A stretch of 24,000 nucleotides of DNA from Gordonia rubripertincta (GTDB taxonomy: Bacteria; Actinomycetota; Actinomycetes; Mycobacteriales; Mycobacteriaceae), in contig NZ_CP136136.1 in assembly GCF_038024875.1 (NCBI RefSeq), positions 2,842,293-2,866,292 on the forward strand, given 5' to 3'. A program made the translations under genes and the position numbers. Below the pieces are notes generated by a model. It was not told the DNA's origin, ran no database searches, and saw only the letters and a program-made list of their open reading frames with translations. Below are positions 1 to 10,504 of this stretch, piece after piece. Position 1 is the stretch's first letter, and each line of letters begins with the position of its first letter.

Positions 1-1944
1 GAGGTCGAGGTAGCCGACCTCGGCCGCGGTGACCGCCTCACAGCACGCCGACAGCGACGAGTCGCGCACGGTGATCGGATAGTAGTAGTCGAAGTTGCGG
101 AGCTTCTGTTCGGCGGTGAACGAATCGCCGAACAGGTAGGTCGCATAGACCAGGTCGGCCTGCTTGACGACCTGTTTGCGGTAGAGGTCGTAGTACGGAT
201 AGTTCAACAGCAACGGGTAGCGACCGACCGAGGACTCGAAATCCCAAGCGCCGAGCAGCGTGAAGGACTCGCACTGCTGATGCACCCCCAGTGCCTCGTC
301 ATAGGGGATAGACATGTCGTCCGCGCACGATTCCCAGTGTGCCGCTTCGGCTGTCGTCACCCCGAACTGTTCGGCGAGGTCGGGGCGGCGGTGGACCGCC
401 GCCACCGCGTCGCGCAGGTTCTGCTGCGCTGCGAGGTTGGTGAAGACGTTGTTGTTGACCACCGCCGTGTACTCGTCGGGCCCGGTCACGCCGTCGATCC
501 GGAACTTGCCGTTGACGTCGTGATGGCCGAGACCCGCGAACAACCGGGCGGTCTCCACGAGAAGTTCGACGCCGCACTCGGTTTCGAACTGTTCGTCGTC
601 GGTGGCGCGCAGGTAGCGGGCGGTGGCGTTGGCGATGTCGGCGGACACGTGCACACCGGCCGTGCCCGCGGGCCAGTAGCCCGAACACTCGTCGCCGTTG
701 ATCGACCGCCACGGGAACATCGCGCCGCGCTGGCCGAGTTCGGCGGCGCGGGCCTTCGCCTTGTCCATGGTGGCGTGACGCCAGCGGAGTTCCTCGCCGG
801 CCGCGGCGGGCACCGTGTAGGTGAGCATCGGCAGGATGAAACTCTCGGTGTCCCAGAAGGTGTGGCCGTCGTAACCGGGACCGGTGAGTCCCTTGGCCGG
901 GATCGCGCGTGACTGCCCGCGGGCGCCGGCCTGCAGGACATGGAACAGCGCGAACCGAACCGCCTGCTGGAGTTCGGGATCGCCGTCGAGCTCGATGTCG
1001 GCGTCGCGCCAGAAATCCTCGAGGTAGCGGACCTGATCGGCCTTAAGCGAGTCCCAGCCGGTCTCCATCGCCATGGCCAGCGCCGCGTCGACCTGTGCGC
1101 GTAGCGCCGGGACCGAGCGTCGGGCCGACCAGCCGTAACCCATGTACTTGGTGAGGGTCAGGCTCTTGCCCTTCGGCACGTTCGCGGCGATGGTGAGGCG
1201 GGCGAGGTCGCCGTCGGCGCGGATGAAGGTGTCGGCCTTGTCCGGGAAGTAGATCTCGTGATCCATGCCGGCGGCGATGTGCAGACCGGACTGCTTGGTG
1301 TGGTGGACCAGCATGCCCCAGTAGTTGCGGCAGGTCGCGAGGTCCGACACCAGCGGGGCGTCGAGTGCGGCGGCGAGACGCGGGTCGTTGCCGGGCGCCG
1401 GGACCGGCTCGTTGGCCAGGAGGTCGGACTGCAGGACGAGTTTCATGTCCTCGTCGACGGGTTCCACCTCGTAGCGGATGGCTGCGATGGTGCGTTTGGT
1501 GAACGAGACGAGACGTTCGGACTTGATGCGCACGGTGCGCCCGGTGGGGGACGTCCAGAGGGTGTGGCGACGCAGTGTGCCGGTTCGGAAGTCGAGCGTC
1601 CGTTCGTGTTCTTCGGTACGGCCGTACCGAAGGTCCATCGGCTCGTCCTCGACGAGCAGTCGGATGATCTTGCCGTCGGTCACGTTCACGACCGTCTGGC
1701 CCGATTCCGGGTAGCCGTAACCGCTCTCCGCGTAGGGGAGACCGCGCAACTCGTAGAAGCCGTTGAGGTAGGTGCCCGGATGATCGACCGGTTCGCCCTC
1801 CTCGAAGGTGCCGCGTAAACCGATGTGCCCGTTGGACAACGCGAACAACGTCTCGGTGCGGCCGAGCATGTCGAGGTCGACTCCGCCGCTCCACTTGAGC
1901 TGCCACGGGTGGATCTCGAACCCGTGTGGCTTGTCCGCGCTCAT
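1..1944 (-). CDS. GH65 family glycoside hydrolase / alpha-glucoside phosphorylase (maltose/trehalose/kojibiose phosphorylase family, Rv3401-like). Partial: the C-terminus lies beyond the left edge.
   Basis: The ORF is open at the window edge, so it is absent from the ORF track. Hand translation of the minus strand from the ATG (complement of 1942-1944) gives MSADKPHGFEIHPWQLKWSGGVDLDMLGRTETLFALSNGHIGLRGTFEEGEP... then ...AKGLTGPGYDGHTFWDTESF... (the GH65 catalytic-acid block), ...MFPWRSINGDECSGYWPAGT... and ...YYYPITVRDSSLSACCEAVTAAEVGYLDL. Spot checks at several segments found no stop in 648 codons. The start overlaps the stop of the upstream gene in ATGA (1941-1944). Confidence 0.85.
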   Translation of the reverse strand, partial: MSADKPHGFEIHPWQLKWSGGVDLDMLGRTETLFALSNGHIGLRGTFEEGEPVDHPGTYLNGFYELRGLPYAESGYGYPESGQTVVNVTDGKIIRLLVEDEPMDLRYGRTEEHERTLDFRTGTLRRHTLWTSPTGRTVRIKSERLVSFTKRTIAAIRYEVEPVDEDMKLVLQSDLLANEPVPAPGNDPRLAAALDAPLVSDLATCRNYWGMLVHHTKQSGLHIAAGMDHEIYFPDKADTFIRADGDLARLTIAANVPKGKSLTLTKYMGYGWSARRSVPALRAQVDAALAMAMETGWDSLKADQVRYLEDFWRDADIELDGDPELQQAVRFALFHVLQAGARGQSRAIPAKGLTGPGYDGHTFWDTESFILPMLTYTVPAAAGEELRWRHATMDKAKARAAELGQRGAMFPWRSINGDECSGYWPAGTAGVHVSADIANATARYLRATDDEQFETECGVELLVETARLFAGLGHHDVNGKFRIDGVTGPDEYTAVVNNNVFTNLAAQQNLRDAVAAVHRRPDLAEQFGVTTAEAAHWESCADDMSIPYDEALGVHQQCESFTLLGAWDFESSVGRYPLLLNYPYYDLYRKQVVKQADLVYATYLFGDSFTAEQKLRNFDYYYPITVRDSSLSACCEAVTAAEVGYLDL

Positions 1945-2672
1945 GCGGGCAGCAATTCGTCGAGATCGTTGACGACGATGTCGGCGCCGGCGGCGCGCAT
2001 CGCCTCGGCCTGCCCCCCGCCGACACGATCTATGCCCACGACGTAGCCGAATTTGCCTGCGCTACCGGCCTGTACGCCGGAGATGGCGTCCTCGAAGACC
2101 GCGGCCGCAGCGGGTTCGACGCCCATCAGTTCGGCTCCCAGGAGATAGGAGTCGGGAGCGGGTTTGCCGTTGAGGCCACGCGCGGCGATCTCGAGACCGT
2201 CGACGCGGACCTCGACGAATCCCGACAGGTCGGCAGCTTCGAGCACTGGTCCTCCATTCTTCGACGACGTCACGACCGCGATGCGCAGACCGGCATCGCG
2301 TGCCGCGTTGAGGTACCGCACCGAACCGGGGTAGGCATGACCCCCGTCTTCGGCGAGGCTGACGAGAAACATGTCGTTCTTGCCGTTCCCGATCGCGGCC
2401 ACGGTCGCGGGGTCGACGTCGGTGATCCCACGCGACGCCAGGAAGGCCCGTACCCCGTCCTCACGGGGACGCCCGTCGACATAGTCGAGGTAGTCCTGGT
2501 CGGTGAACTCCACGAAGCCGGGCGCGTCCACGCCGCCCGCGCGATCGGCGAGGAAGGCGTCGAACGTCTTCTTCCAAGCCTTGCGGTGGAGTACCGCGGT
2601 CTCGGTGAGGACCCCGTCGAGATCGAAGAGCGCGACAGTGATCACTTCTGGCAATCCCAACACGATTCGCAA
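1941..2672 (-). CDS. pgmB: beta-phosphoglucomutase family HAD hydrolase (Rv3400-like)
   Basis: 243-aa ORF with HAD motifs FDLDGVLT (motif I), VVTSS (II), GKPAPD (III) and FEDAISG (IV). It is paired with and translationally coupled to the GH65 gene, which is the canonical phosphorylase/beta-PGM arrangement. The start is TTG at 2672, the most upstream possible start because the frame is closed by the GntR stop at 2721-2723. An internal GTG at 2645 is an alternative. Confidence 0.85.
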   Translation of the reverse strand: MRIVLGLPEVITVALFDLDGVLTETAVLHRKAWKKTFDAFLADRAGGVDAPGFVEFTDQDYLDYVDGRPREDGVRAFLASRGITDVDPATVAAIGNGKNDMFLVSLAEDGGHAYPGSVRYLNAARDAGLRIAVVTSSKNGGPVLEAADLSGFVEVRVDGLEIAARGLNGKPAPDSYLLGAELMGVEPAAAAVFEDAISGVQAGSAGKFGYVVGIDRVGGGQAEAMRAAGADIVVNDLDELLPA

Positions 2673-2720
2673 CGCTACCCGCCTGAGTCGGGTAAGGCGC
2701 GATAAGCGCGATAGCGCGCG

Positions 2721-3434
2721 TCAGGCGGAGCTGACCGACTGGGCGCCGGGCGCCGGTGAACGGCCGCCGTCCCAGAAACCGATGGATTCCAGCTGTGCGA
2801 TCAGGCGGTCGCGTGCGTCCTCGAAGGCGGCGACGATCTCGGCCTTGATGCCGGCGGTATCGCCCTCGCGCAGCAGTTCGATGAGTCGCCGGTGGCTGGC
2901 CGCGGCGGACAGGCCCCACTCCGTGTCGCTCGAATACAGCTGCAGCGGATTGTATTTGCTGGCCGAGTACTGGAACCAGGCGAGTTTCTTGCTCTCGGCC
3001 ATCAGGTGCACCTTGCGGTGGAAGGCGAACTCCGCGGACAGCACCTGGTCGGCTCGCCCGGAGTCGACGGCAGTCTCGAGGTCGTCGACGAGCGCAGCCA
3101 GTTCGCCCAGATGTTCGTTCAGATGCGGGTTCTGGGCGGCATGACTCGCGAGGCGTGCGGAGAGTTCGGCCTGCATCCAGAAGATGTCGACGATGTCGCC
3201 GCGGGTGAGCGTCTCGACGATGAAGCCGCGGTGCAGGGACTGCTTGACGAGTCCCTCGCCGCGGAGGGTCGCGAGCGCCTCGCGGACCGGGGTGACGCTG
3301 CACCCGAGTACCGATGCGGTCTCGTCGAGCCGGACGAAGTCTCCCGGCCGCAGGACACCGGTCATGATGCGGGTGCGCAGGTAGTCGGCCACCTCGACGG
3401 CCAGCTGTGTCCTGTGTAGTGGTCCCGGGGGCAT
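2721..3434 (-). CDS. GntR family (FadR/FCD subfamily) transcriptional regulator
   Basis: The 464-aa track ORF (2721..4115) is over-extended. The real product starts at MPPGPLHRTQLAVEVADYLRTRIMTGVLRPGDFVRLDETASVLGCSVTPVREALATLRGEGLV (GntR wHTH), followed by an all-helical FCD-like C-terminal domain, 237 aa in total. The ATG is the complement of 3432-3434. It lies 48 nt upstream of pgmB on the same strand. Confidence 0.85.
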   Translation of the reverse strand: MPPGPLHRTQLAVEVADYLRTRIMTGVLRPGDFVRLDETASVLGCSVTPVREALATLRGEGLVKQSLHRGFIVETLTRGDIVDIFWMQAELSARLASHAAQNPHLNEHLGELAALVDDLETAVDSGRADQVLSAEFAFHRKVHLMAESKKLAWFQYSASKYNPLQLYSSDTEWGLSAAASHRRLIELLREGDTAGIKAEIVAAFEDARDRLIAQLESIGFWDGGRSPAPGAQSVSSA

Positions 3435-3554
3435 CGATTGTTCCGTCCGTTCGCGTCGGTCAATCGACCTTAACCGGCGCGGGACCCTACTGGCCGGTCC
3501 ACTTCGCCGGAAATCCCGTGGCTTGTGCGTGAACCCCGATGAGACGATGACGAC

Positions 3555-4394
3555 ATGACTCGTCGTTTCGCTCAGGTCGATGTGTTCTCGTCCACCGGCA
3601 CCGAGGGCAATCCCGTGGCGGTGGTCGTCGATGGCGGTGGCCCCGGTGCTCCCATCGCGGAGGACCGGATGGCGGCCTTCGCGCGCTGGACCAACCTCTC
3701 GGAGACCACCTTCGTGCTGCCGCCGACCGATCCGGCCGCCGACTACAAACTGCGGATTTTCACGCCGGGCGGGGAGCTGCCGTTCGCCGGCCACCCGACC
3801 CTGGGGTCCGCGCATGCCTGGCTGACCTCGGGTGGACGGCCGAAGGGTGAGGACGTCGTGCAGGAATGCGGCGTCGGACTCGTCCGTATCCGCCGATCGG
3901 GCCCACGGCTGGCCTTCGCGGCGCCGCCGCTGCGCCGGTCGGGGCCGGTCGATGCCGACACCGTCGACGAGGTCGTGGCGGCGCTCGGCGTCGATCCCGG
4001 TGAGGTGCTCGCGGCGGAATGGGTCGACAACGGTCCCGAGTGGATGGTGATCCAGCTGGGATCGGGGGAGCGGGTGCTCGAGGTCCGCCCCGACATCCCC
4101 GCCCTCGGCCGTCACGAGGTCGGCCTGCTCGGTCTCTACTCGTCGGGCGACGTCTTCGCCGAGGTCCGCGCTTTCGTCCCGGGCATCGGCGTTCCCGAGG
4201 ACCCGGTCACCGGCAGCCTCAACGCGGGGATCGCGACCTGGCTCCGATCAACCGGGCAGGCGCCGGAGAGTTATGTCGCCGCCCAGGGTGCGGCCATCGG
4301 TCGTGCCGGTCGCGTCCACGTCCACGACGACGGTGAGAACATCTGGGCCGGTGGCGACACCGCGACCGTGATCGAGGGCACAGTCGCGCTGTAG
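3555..4394 (+). CDS. PhzF family phenazine-biosynthesis-like isomerase/epimerase-fold protein
   Basis: 279-aa ORF. The N-terminus FAQVDVFSSTGTEGNPVAVVVDG and the later FTPGGELPFAGHPTLGSAHAW are typical PhzF/YddE-family blocks. It is divergent from the GntR gene across a 120-bp spacer. Confidence 0.8.
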   Translation: MTRRFAQVDVFSSTGTEGNPVAVVVDGGGPGAPIAEDRMAAFARWTNLSETTFVLPPTDPAADYKLRIFTPGGELPFAGHPTLGSAHAWLTSGGRPKGEDVVQECGVGLVRIRRSGPRLAFAAPPLRRSGPVDADTVDEVVAALGVDPGEVLAAEWVDNGPEWMVIQLGSGERVLEVRPDIPALGRHEVGLLGLYSSGDVFAEVRAFVPGIGVPEDPVTGSLNAGIATWLRSTGQAPESYVAAQGAAIGRAGRVHVHDDGENIWAGGDTATVIEGTVAL

Positions 4395-4435
4395 TCCGGC
4401 ACGAGACGTCTGCGGTCTGTGCCAAGGTGATTGGC

Positions 4436-5362
4436 ATGAGCGACGCCAGCGACGCCGCAGCCGGACCCCCGACCGGAGCCACCGCCGACGCTCCTGCCGA
4501 GACCCTGAGCAACAAGGCGGCCAAGAAGCGCCGCCGGCGTGAGCCGCCGCCGGACCCGACGCCGTTGCCGGGCCTCGTCGACGCCCACACCCACCTCGCG
4601 GCGTGCGGCGGGCGGGATGCCGAGTCGGTCCGCGCCATCCTCGACCACGCGCAGGCGGTCGGCGTCGACCAGGTGGTGACGGTTGCCGACGACATGGTCG
4701 ACGCCCGCTGGGCGGTCGCCGCGGCGGAGTGGGACGACCGGGTCTATGCGGCCGTCGCACTGCATCCGATGCATGCGGGCGACCTGAACGACGAGACCGC
4801 CGCCGAACTCGAGCAGATGGTCCGTCATCCGCGGGTCGTCGCGGTGGGTGAGACGGGACTGGACTACTACTGGCCGGGTAAGTCCGACGACTGCGCGTCG
4901 CCGGAGGTCCAGCACGAGACGTTCCGATGGCACATCGATCTCGCGAAGCGGGTCGGCAAGCCGCTGATGATCCACAACCGGGAGGCCGACCGGGATCTGC
5001 TGGACATCCTGGCCGCCGAAGGTGCTCCCGAGACCGTGATCATGCATTGCTTCTCCGGTGACCGGAACGTTGCCCGAGAATGCGTCGACCGCGGGTACAT
5101 CTTGAGTTTTGCCGGGACTGTGAGCTTCGCCAATGCCGACGAGCTGCGCGTCGCGGCCGAATTGGTGCCCGACGAACAGATCCTGGTCGAGACCGACGCG
5201 CCGTTCCTGACGCCGCATCCCTACCGTGGCCAGCCGAATCAGTCGTACTGCCTCCCCTACACGGCGCGGGCGATCGCCGAGGTCAGAGGGGTGTCCGAAG
5301 AGGGGATGGCCCGTCTGTTAGGCATCAATGCGCGGCGCGCCTACAACATCCCTTTGCCATAA
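4436..5362 (+). CDS. tatD: TatD family metal-dependent hydrolase/DNase (Rv1008-like)
   Basis: Contains VDAHTHL, VGETGLDYYW, LMIHNREADRD, HCFSG and LVETDAPFLTPHP motifs and is collinear with M. tuberculosis TatD. The ORF opens at GTG 4427. ATG 4436 is preferred because AAGGTGA lies 5 nt upstream. This gives a ~50-aa Ala/Pro-rich N-terminal extension with a poly-basic patch that Mtb TatD lacks. Confidence 0.9.
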   Translation: MSDASDAAAGPPTGATADAPAETLSNKAAKKRRRREPPPDPTPLPGLVDAHTHLAACGGRDAESVRAILDHAQAVGVDQVVTVADDMVDARWAVAAAEWDDRVYAAVALHPMHAGDLNDETAAELEQMVRHPRVVAVGETGLDYYWPGKSDDCASPEVQHETFRWHIDLAKRVGKPLMIHNREADRDLLDILAAEGAPETVIMHCFSGDRNVARECVDRGYILSFAGTVSFANADELRVAAELVPDEQILVETDAPFLTPHPYRGQPNQSYCLPYTARAIAEVRGVSEEGMARLLGINARRAYNIPLP

Positions 5363-7530
<2,168 letters not shown>

Positions 7531-7556
7531 CGGATCGCTCCGGTCGACTTCGACCC

Positions 7557-7590
7557 CGACCGACAGACTTCGATCGACGTCTGTCGGTCG
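7557..7590. terminator. hairpin between convergent rsmA and the LLM oxidoreductase gene (candidate bidirectional terminator)
   Basis: cgaccgacaga (7557-7567) and tctgtcggtcg (7580-7590) are perfect reverse complements, giving an 11-bp stem with a 12-nt loop. There is no U-tract, which is common in actinobacteria. Confidence 0.4.
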
Positions 7591-7672
7591 AGATGAGGTT
7601 CGTCGGTAGGGAATCCGGTCCCACCCCGCCGCCTGAGGTGCGAGGAGCGCTTGAGCTCTCGGCGCGCAGTTC

Positions 7673-8665
7673 TCAGCTCGACGCCGCGCGCAGCTTCTCC
7701 AGCAGTTCCGGGGCGGCGTCCCGCAGGAAATCGTCCTGCGTCTCGCCACCGATCTGCACGAGTGCGACGTCGGTGAACCCGGCCTCCCAGAACGGCTTCA
7801 CGGCGTCGACGATCTGATCGAGGTCGGGACCGCACGGGATGTTGGCGGCCACGTCGTCGGGGGTGACGTACTGGGTCGCGGCCGCGAAGCCCGCGGTGGT
7901 GCGGAGGTCGGCGTTGACATCCCAGCCGCCGGCGAACCACCGGAACTGGTCATGGGCCCGTTCGACGGCGGCATCGCGGTCCGGGCCCCAGCTGATCGGG
8001 ATCTGCCCGATGGCACGCGTGCTCTTGCCGTCGATCGTCCCCGTGGCCGCCTGCGCGTTCCAGGAGGAGACCAGGTCGGCGTTCGGTTCGACCGCGATCA
8101 GATGGTCGGCCAGCGGACCGAAGGTCTCGATCCCGGCGTCGCCGGCCACCGCGACGCCGATCGGCACGGGCTGCTCGGGGAGATCCCAGATGCGCGCGGC
8201 ATCGACCTGGAAGAACTCACCACGGAAGTCGACGAGGTCGCCGGTGTGCAGTTTGCGGATGATCTCGATGGCCTCGGCGAGCATGTCCTGGCGGTCGGTG
8301 ACCGCGGGCCAGCCCGCACCGACGACGTGCTCGTTGAGGTTCTCGCCCGAACCCAGCCCGAGGGTGAAGCGGCCGTCGGCGAGGATCTGCAGGGTCGCGG
8401 CCTTCTGCGCGATGATGGCCGGGTGGTAGCGGATCGTCGGGCAGGTCACGTAGGTCATCAGCTCGACGCGTTCGGTCGCGTGGGCCACCGCGCCCAGGAC
8501 CGACCACGCGTACGGGGCGTGCCCCTGCGAGGACAGCCACGGGAAGTAGTGGTCGCTGGACACCTCGAAATCGAAACCGGCGCCCTCGGCGCCGATGGCA
8601 AAGCGGACGAGGTCCTTGGGGCCGGCCTGCTCGGTCATCAGGGTGTACCCGAATCGGGTTGTCAT
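7673..8665 (-). CDS. LLM-class F420-dependent oxidoreductase (G6PDH-related family, luciferase-like monooxygenase fold)
   Basis: The real product starts at MTTRFGYTLMTEQAGPKDLVRFAIGAEGAGFDFEVSSDHYFPW..., 330 aa in total. It is collinear with the Fgd-type TIM-barrel pattern (SDHF.PW, PAIIAQ, LGLGSGE.LNE). A GAGGAG Shine-Dalgarno sequence lies just upstream of the ATG (complement of 8663-8665). The 588-aa track ORF is an over-extension antisense to the HAD gene. Confidence 0.8.
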   Translation of the reverse strand: MTTRFGYTLMTEQAGPKDLVRFAIGAEGAGFDFEVSSDHYFPWLSSQGHAPYAWSVLGAVAHATERVELMTYVTCPTIRYHPAIIAQKAATLQILADGRFTLGLGSGENLNEHVVGAGWPAVTDRQDMLAEAIEIIRKLHTGDLVDFRGEFFQVDAARIWDLPEQPVPIGVAVAGDAGIETFGPLADHLIAVEPNADLVSSWNAQAATGTIDGKSTRAIGQIPISWGPDRDAAVERAHDQFRWFAGGWDVNADLRTTAGFAAATQYVTPDDVAANIPCGPDLDQIVDAVKPFWEAGFTDVALVQIGGETQDDFLRDAAPELLEKLRAASS

Positions 8666-8770
8666 CAGATCTCCTCTGCGGGTCTCTCGTCGAGATCGGT
8701 CGCACCGGTGTAGCCAGCGAGCCGTTCGGGTAAACGGACGGCTCGCAGGTGCCCCCGACCCGGAAAGCTG

Positions 8771-9445
8771 GTGCAGATGACCAAGGCCAACGAGAGCGGT
8801 TCCGTCGACACCGTGTTGCTCGACGTCGACGGGACGCTGATCGACTCGACCTACCTCCACGCGCTCGCCTGGATGCAGGCCTTCACCGCGCACGACCTCA
8901 CCCCGCAGTGGTGGCAGGTTCACCGCGCCATCGGAATGGGTGGCGACCGGCTCGTCGGCGAGATCTGCGGCGACGAGGTCGAGGAGTCGCTCGGCGACAC
9001 GCTCCGCGACGACTGGGAGCGGCTTTATCGGAAGCTGGTACCCGACGTGCGCCCGCTGCCCGGTGCCGTCGACTTCGTGCGGGGTCTGCTCGACGCCGGC
9101 TATCGGGTGGCGCTCGCATCGTCGGGCAAGGCCGAATTCACCGATGCCGCACTGGAAGTGATGGGATTCGAGCGCATCGATCTGGCGGCGGTCACGTCGT
9201 CGGACGACGCGGACGATTCGAAGCCCGCACCCGACATCCTCGAGGTCGCCCTGAAGGAGGCCGGCGGCGGACGAGCGATCGTCGTCGGGGACACGGTGTG
9301 GGATGTCGCCTCCGCACACCGGCTCCCCGCCGAATGCGTCGCGGTCCGGTCCGGTGGATTCGCCGAGGCCGAACTCCGCGATGCCGGAGCCGTCCTGGTC
9401 GTCGACCACGTCGGTGAACTCGCGCAACGCGGGTGGCATCCCTGA
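8771..9445 (+). CDS. HAD-IA family hydrolase (phosphatase / phosphoglycolate-phosphatase-like)
   Basis: 224-aa ORF with LLDVDGTLIDS (motif I), ALASSG (II), SKPAPD (III) and VVGDTVWD (IV). The start is GTG 8771 or ATG 8777. It is divergent from the F420 oxidoreductase gene across a 105-bp spacer. Confidence 0.8.
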   Translation: MQMTKANESGSVDTVLLDVDGTLIDSTYLHALAWMQAFTAHDLTPQWWQVHRAIGMGGDRLVGEICGDEVEESLGDTLRDDWERLYRKLVPDVRPLPGAVDFVRGLLDAGYRVALASSGKAEFTDAALEVMGFERIDLAAVTSSDDADDSKPAPDILEVALKEAGGGRAIVVGDTVWDVASAHRLPAECVAVRSGGFAEAELRDAGAVLVVDHVGELAQRGWHP

Positions 9446-9504
9446 GGGCGCAGGGGAGCAGCCCCGAGCGCGTATCCGTGGCGGCCCGACTAGTCTGACT
9501 CACT

Positions 9505-10455
9505 GTGTCGCGAACGTCGCTGTCGGTGGTAACCGACTCGGTCACCGCGCGCGCCCCGTCGAAGGTGAACCTCCACCTCGGTGTGGGCCCGCGCCGGGAT
9601 GACGGGTACCACGACCTGGTCACCGTGTTCCAAGCGCTGTCGTTGCACGACGACATCCGGGTCGCGCGTGCCCACGAACTGTCCGTGACAGTGCGTGGTG
9701 AGGGCGCCGGTTCGGTACCGGCCGACGCCACCAACCTCGCGGCCCGTGCGGTGCAGGCCCTGGCCGGGTGGGCGGACCGTGCGGGGCACGTCGCGATCGA
9801 CATCGAGAAGACGATCCCGGTCGCCGGGGGTATGGCCGGCGGCAGCGCGGACGCGGCCGGGGCGCTCGTGGCGCTCGCGCATCTGTGGAAGCTCGACATC
9901 TCCCGTGACGAACTCGCCGAGATCGCCGCCGATCTCGGGAGTGACGTCCCGTTCGCCCTGCACGGCAACACGGCGCTGGGCACCGGCCGCGGTGAGCAGT
10001 TGATGCAGGTGCTCTCCCGGGGCGAGTTCCACTGGGTGCTCGCCCTTGCGCGTGAGGGACTGTCGACGCCCGCGGTCTACAAGGAGCTGGACCGGTTGCG
10101 CGACAGCAGGTCCGGCGACGTCGACGAGGAAGGCGACTTGCTGCGTTCCCCCGACGACCTGATGCAGGCGCTCGCCTCCGGTGACCCCCGCGCGGTGGCA
10201 CCGTTGCTGCACAACGACCTCCAGCCGGCCGCGCTGAGCCTGCAGCCGACACTGCGTCGTACATTGCGGGCCGGGGTCGATGCGGGAGCCCTCAACGGGA
10301 TCGTCTCGGGATCGGGCCCCACGTGTGCGTTTCTTTGCGCGGATGAGCAATCCGCGGTGAACGTGGCCGCCGAGCTGTCGGGTGCGGGTGTCGCCCGCGC
10401 GGTCCGCACCGCGAGCGGCCCCGCACCGGCAACCCGCGTCCTGGGCACGGACTGA
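9505..10455 (+). CDS. ispE: 4-(cytidine 5'-diphospho)-2-C-methyl-D-erythritol kinase
   Basis: Contains [28 protein letters not shown], the GHMP kinase motif [28 protein letters not shown] and [11 protein letters not shown], and is collinear with Mtb IspE (Rv1011). The start is GTG 9505. GTG 9526 would give an N-terminus of the same length as Mtb IspE. Confidence 0.92.
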   Translation: MSRTSLSVVTDSVTARAPSKVNLHLGVGPRRDDGYHDLVTVFQALSLHDDIRVARAHELSVTVRGEGAGSVPADATNLAARAVQALAGWADRAGHVAIDIEKTIPVAGGMAGGSADAAGALVALAHLWKLDISRDELAEIAADLGSDVPFALHGNTALGTGRGEQLMQVLSRGEFHWVLALAREGLSTPAVYKELDRLRDSRSGDVDEEGDLLRSPDDLMQALASGDPRAVAPLLHNDLQPAALSLQPTLRRTLRAGVDAGALNGIVSGSGPTCAFLCADEQSAVNVAAELSGAGVARAVRTASGPAPATRVLGTD

Positions 10456-10504
10456 GACCGGCGCAGCTCCCTGACCTGGTGTTCTCGCGGCAGTCATTAC
10501 AGTT

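Noticed and set aside
2721-4115. Very long N-terminal extensions of real genes in the track: 2721-4115 (464 aa), 7673-9439 (588 aa), 16704-18143 (479 aa), 6445-7530 (361 aa) and 18220-19713.
   Set aside because: The extensions run antisense through neighbouring genes or through intergenic DNA and lack family similarity. Internal starts with Shine-Dalgarno sequences give proteins of the normal length for each family (237, 330, 398, 300 and 473 aa).
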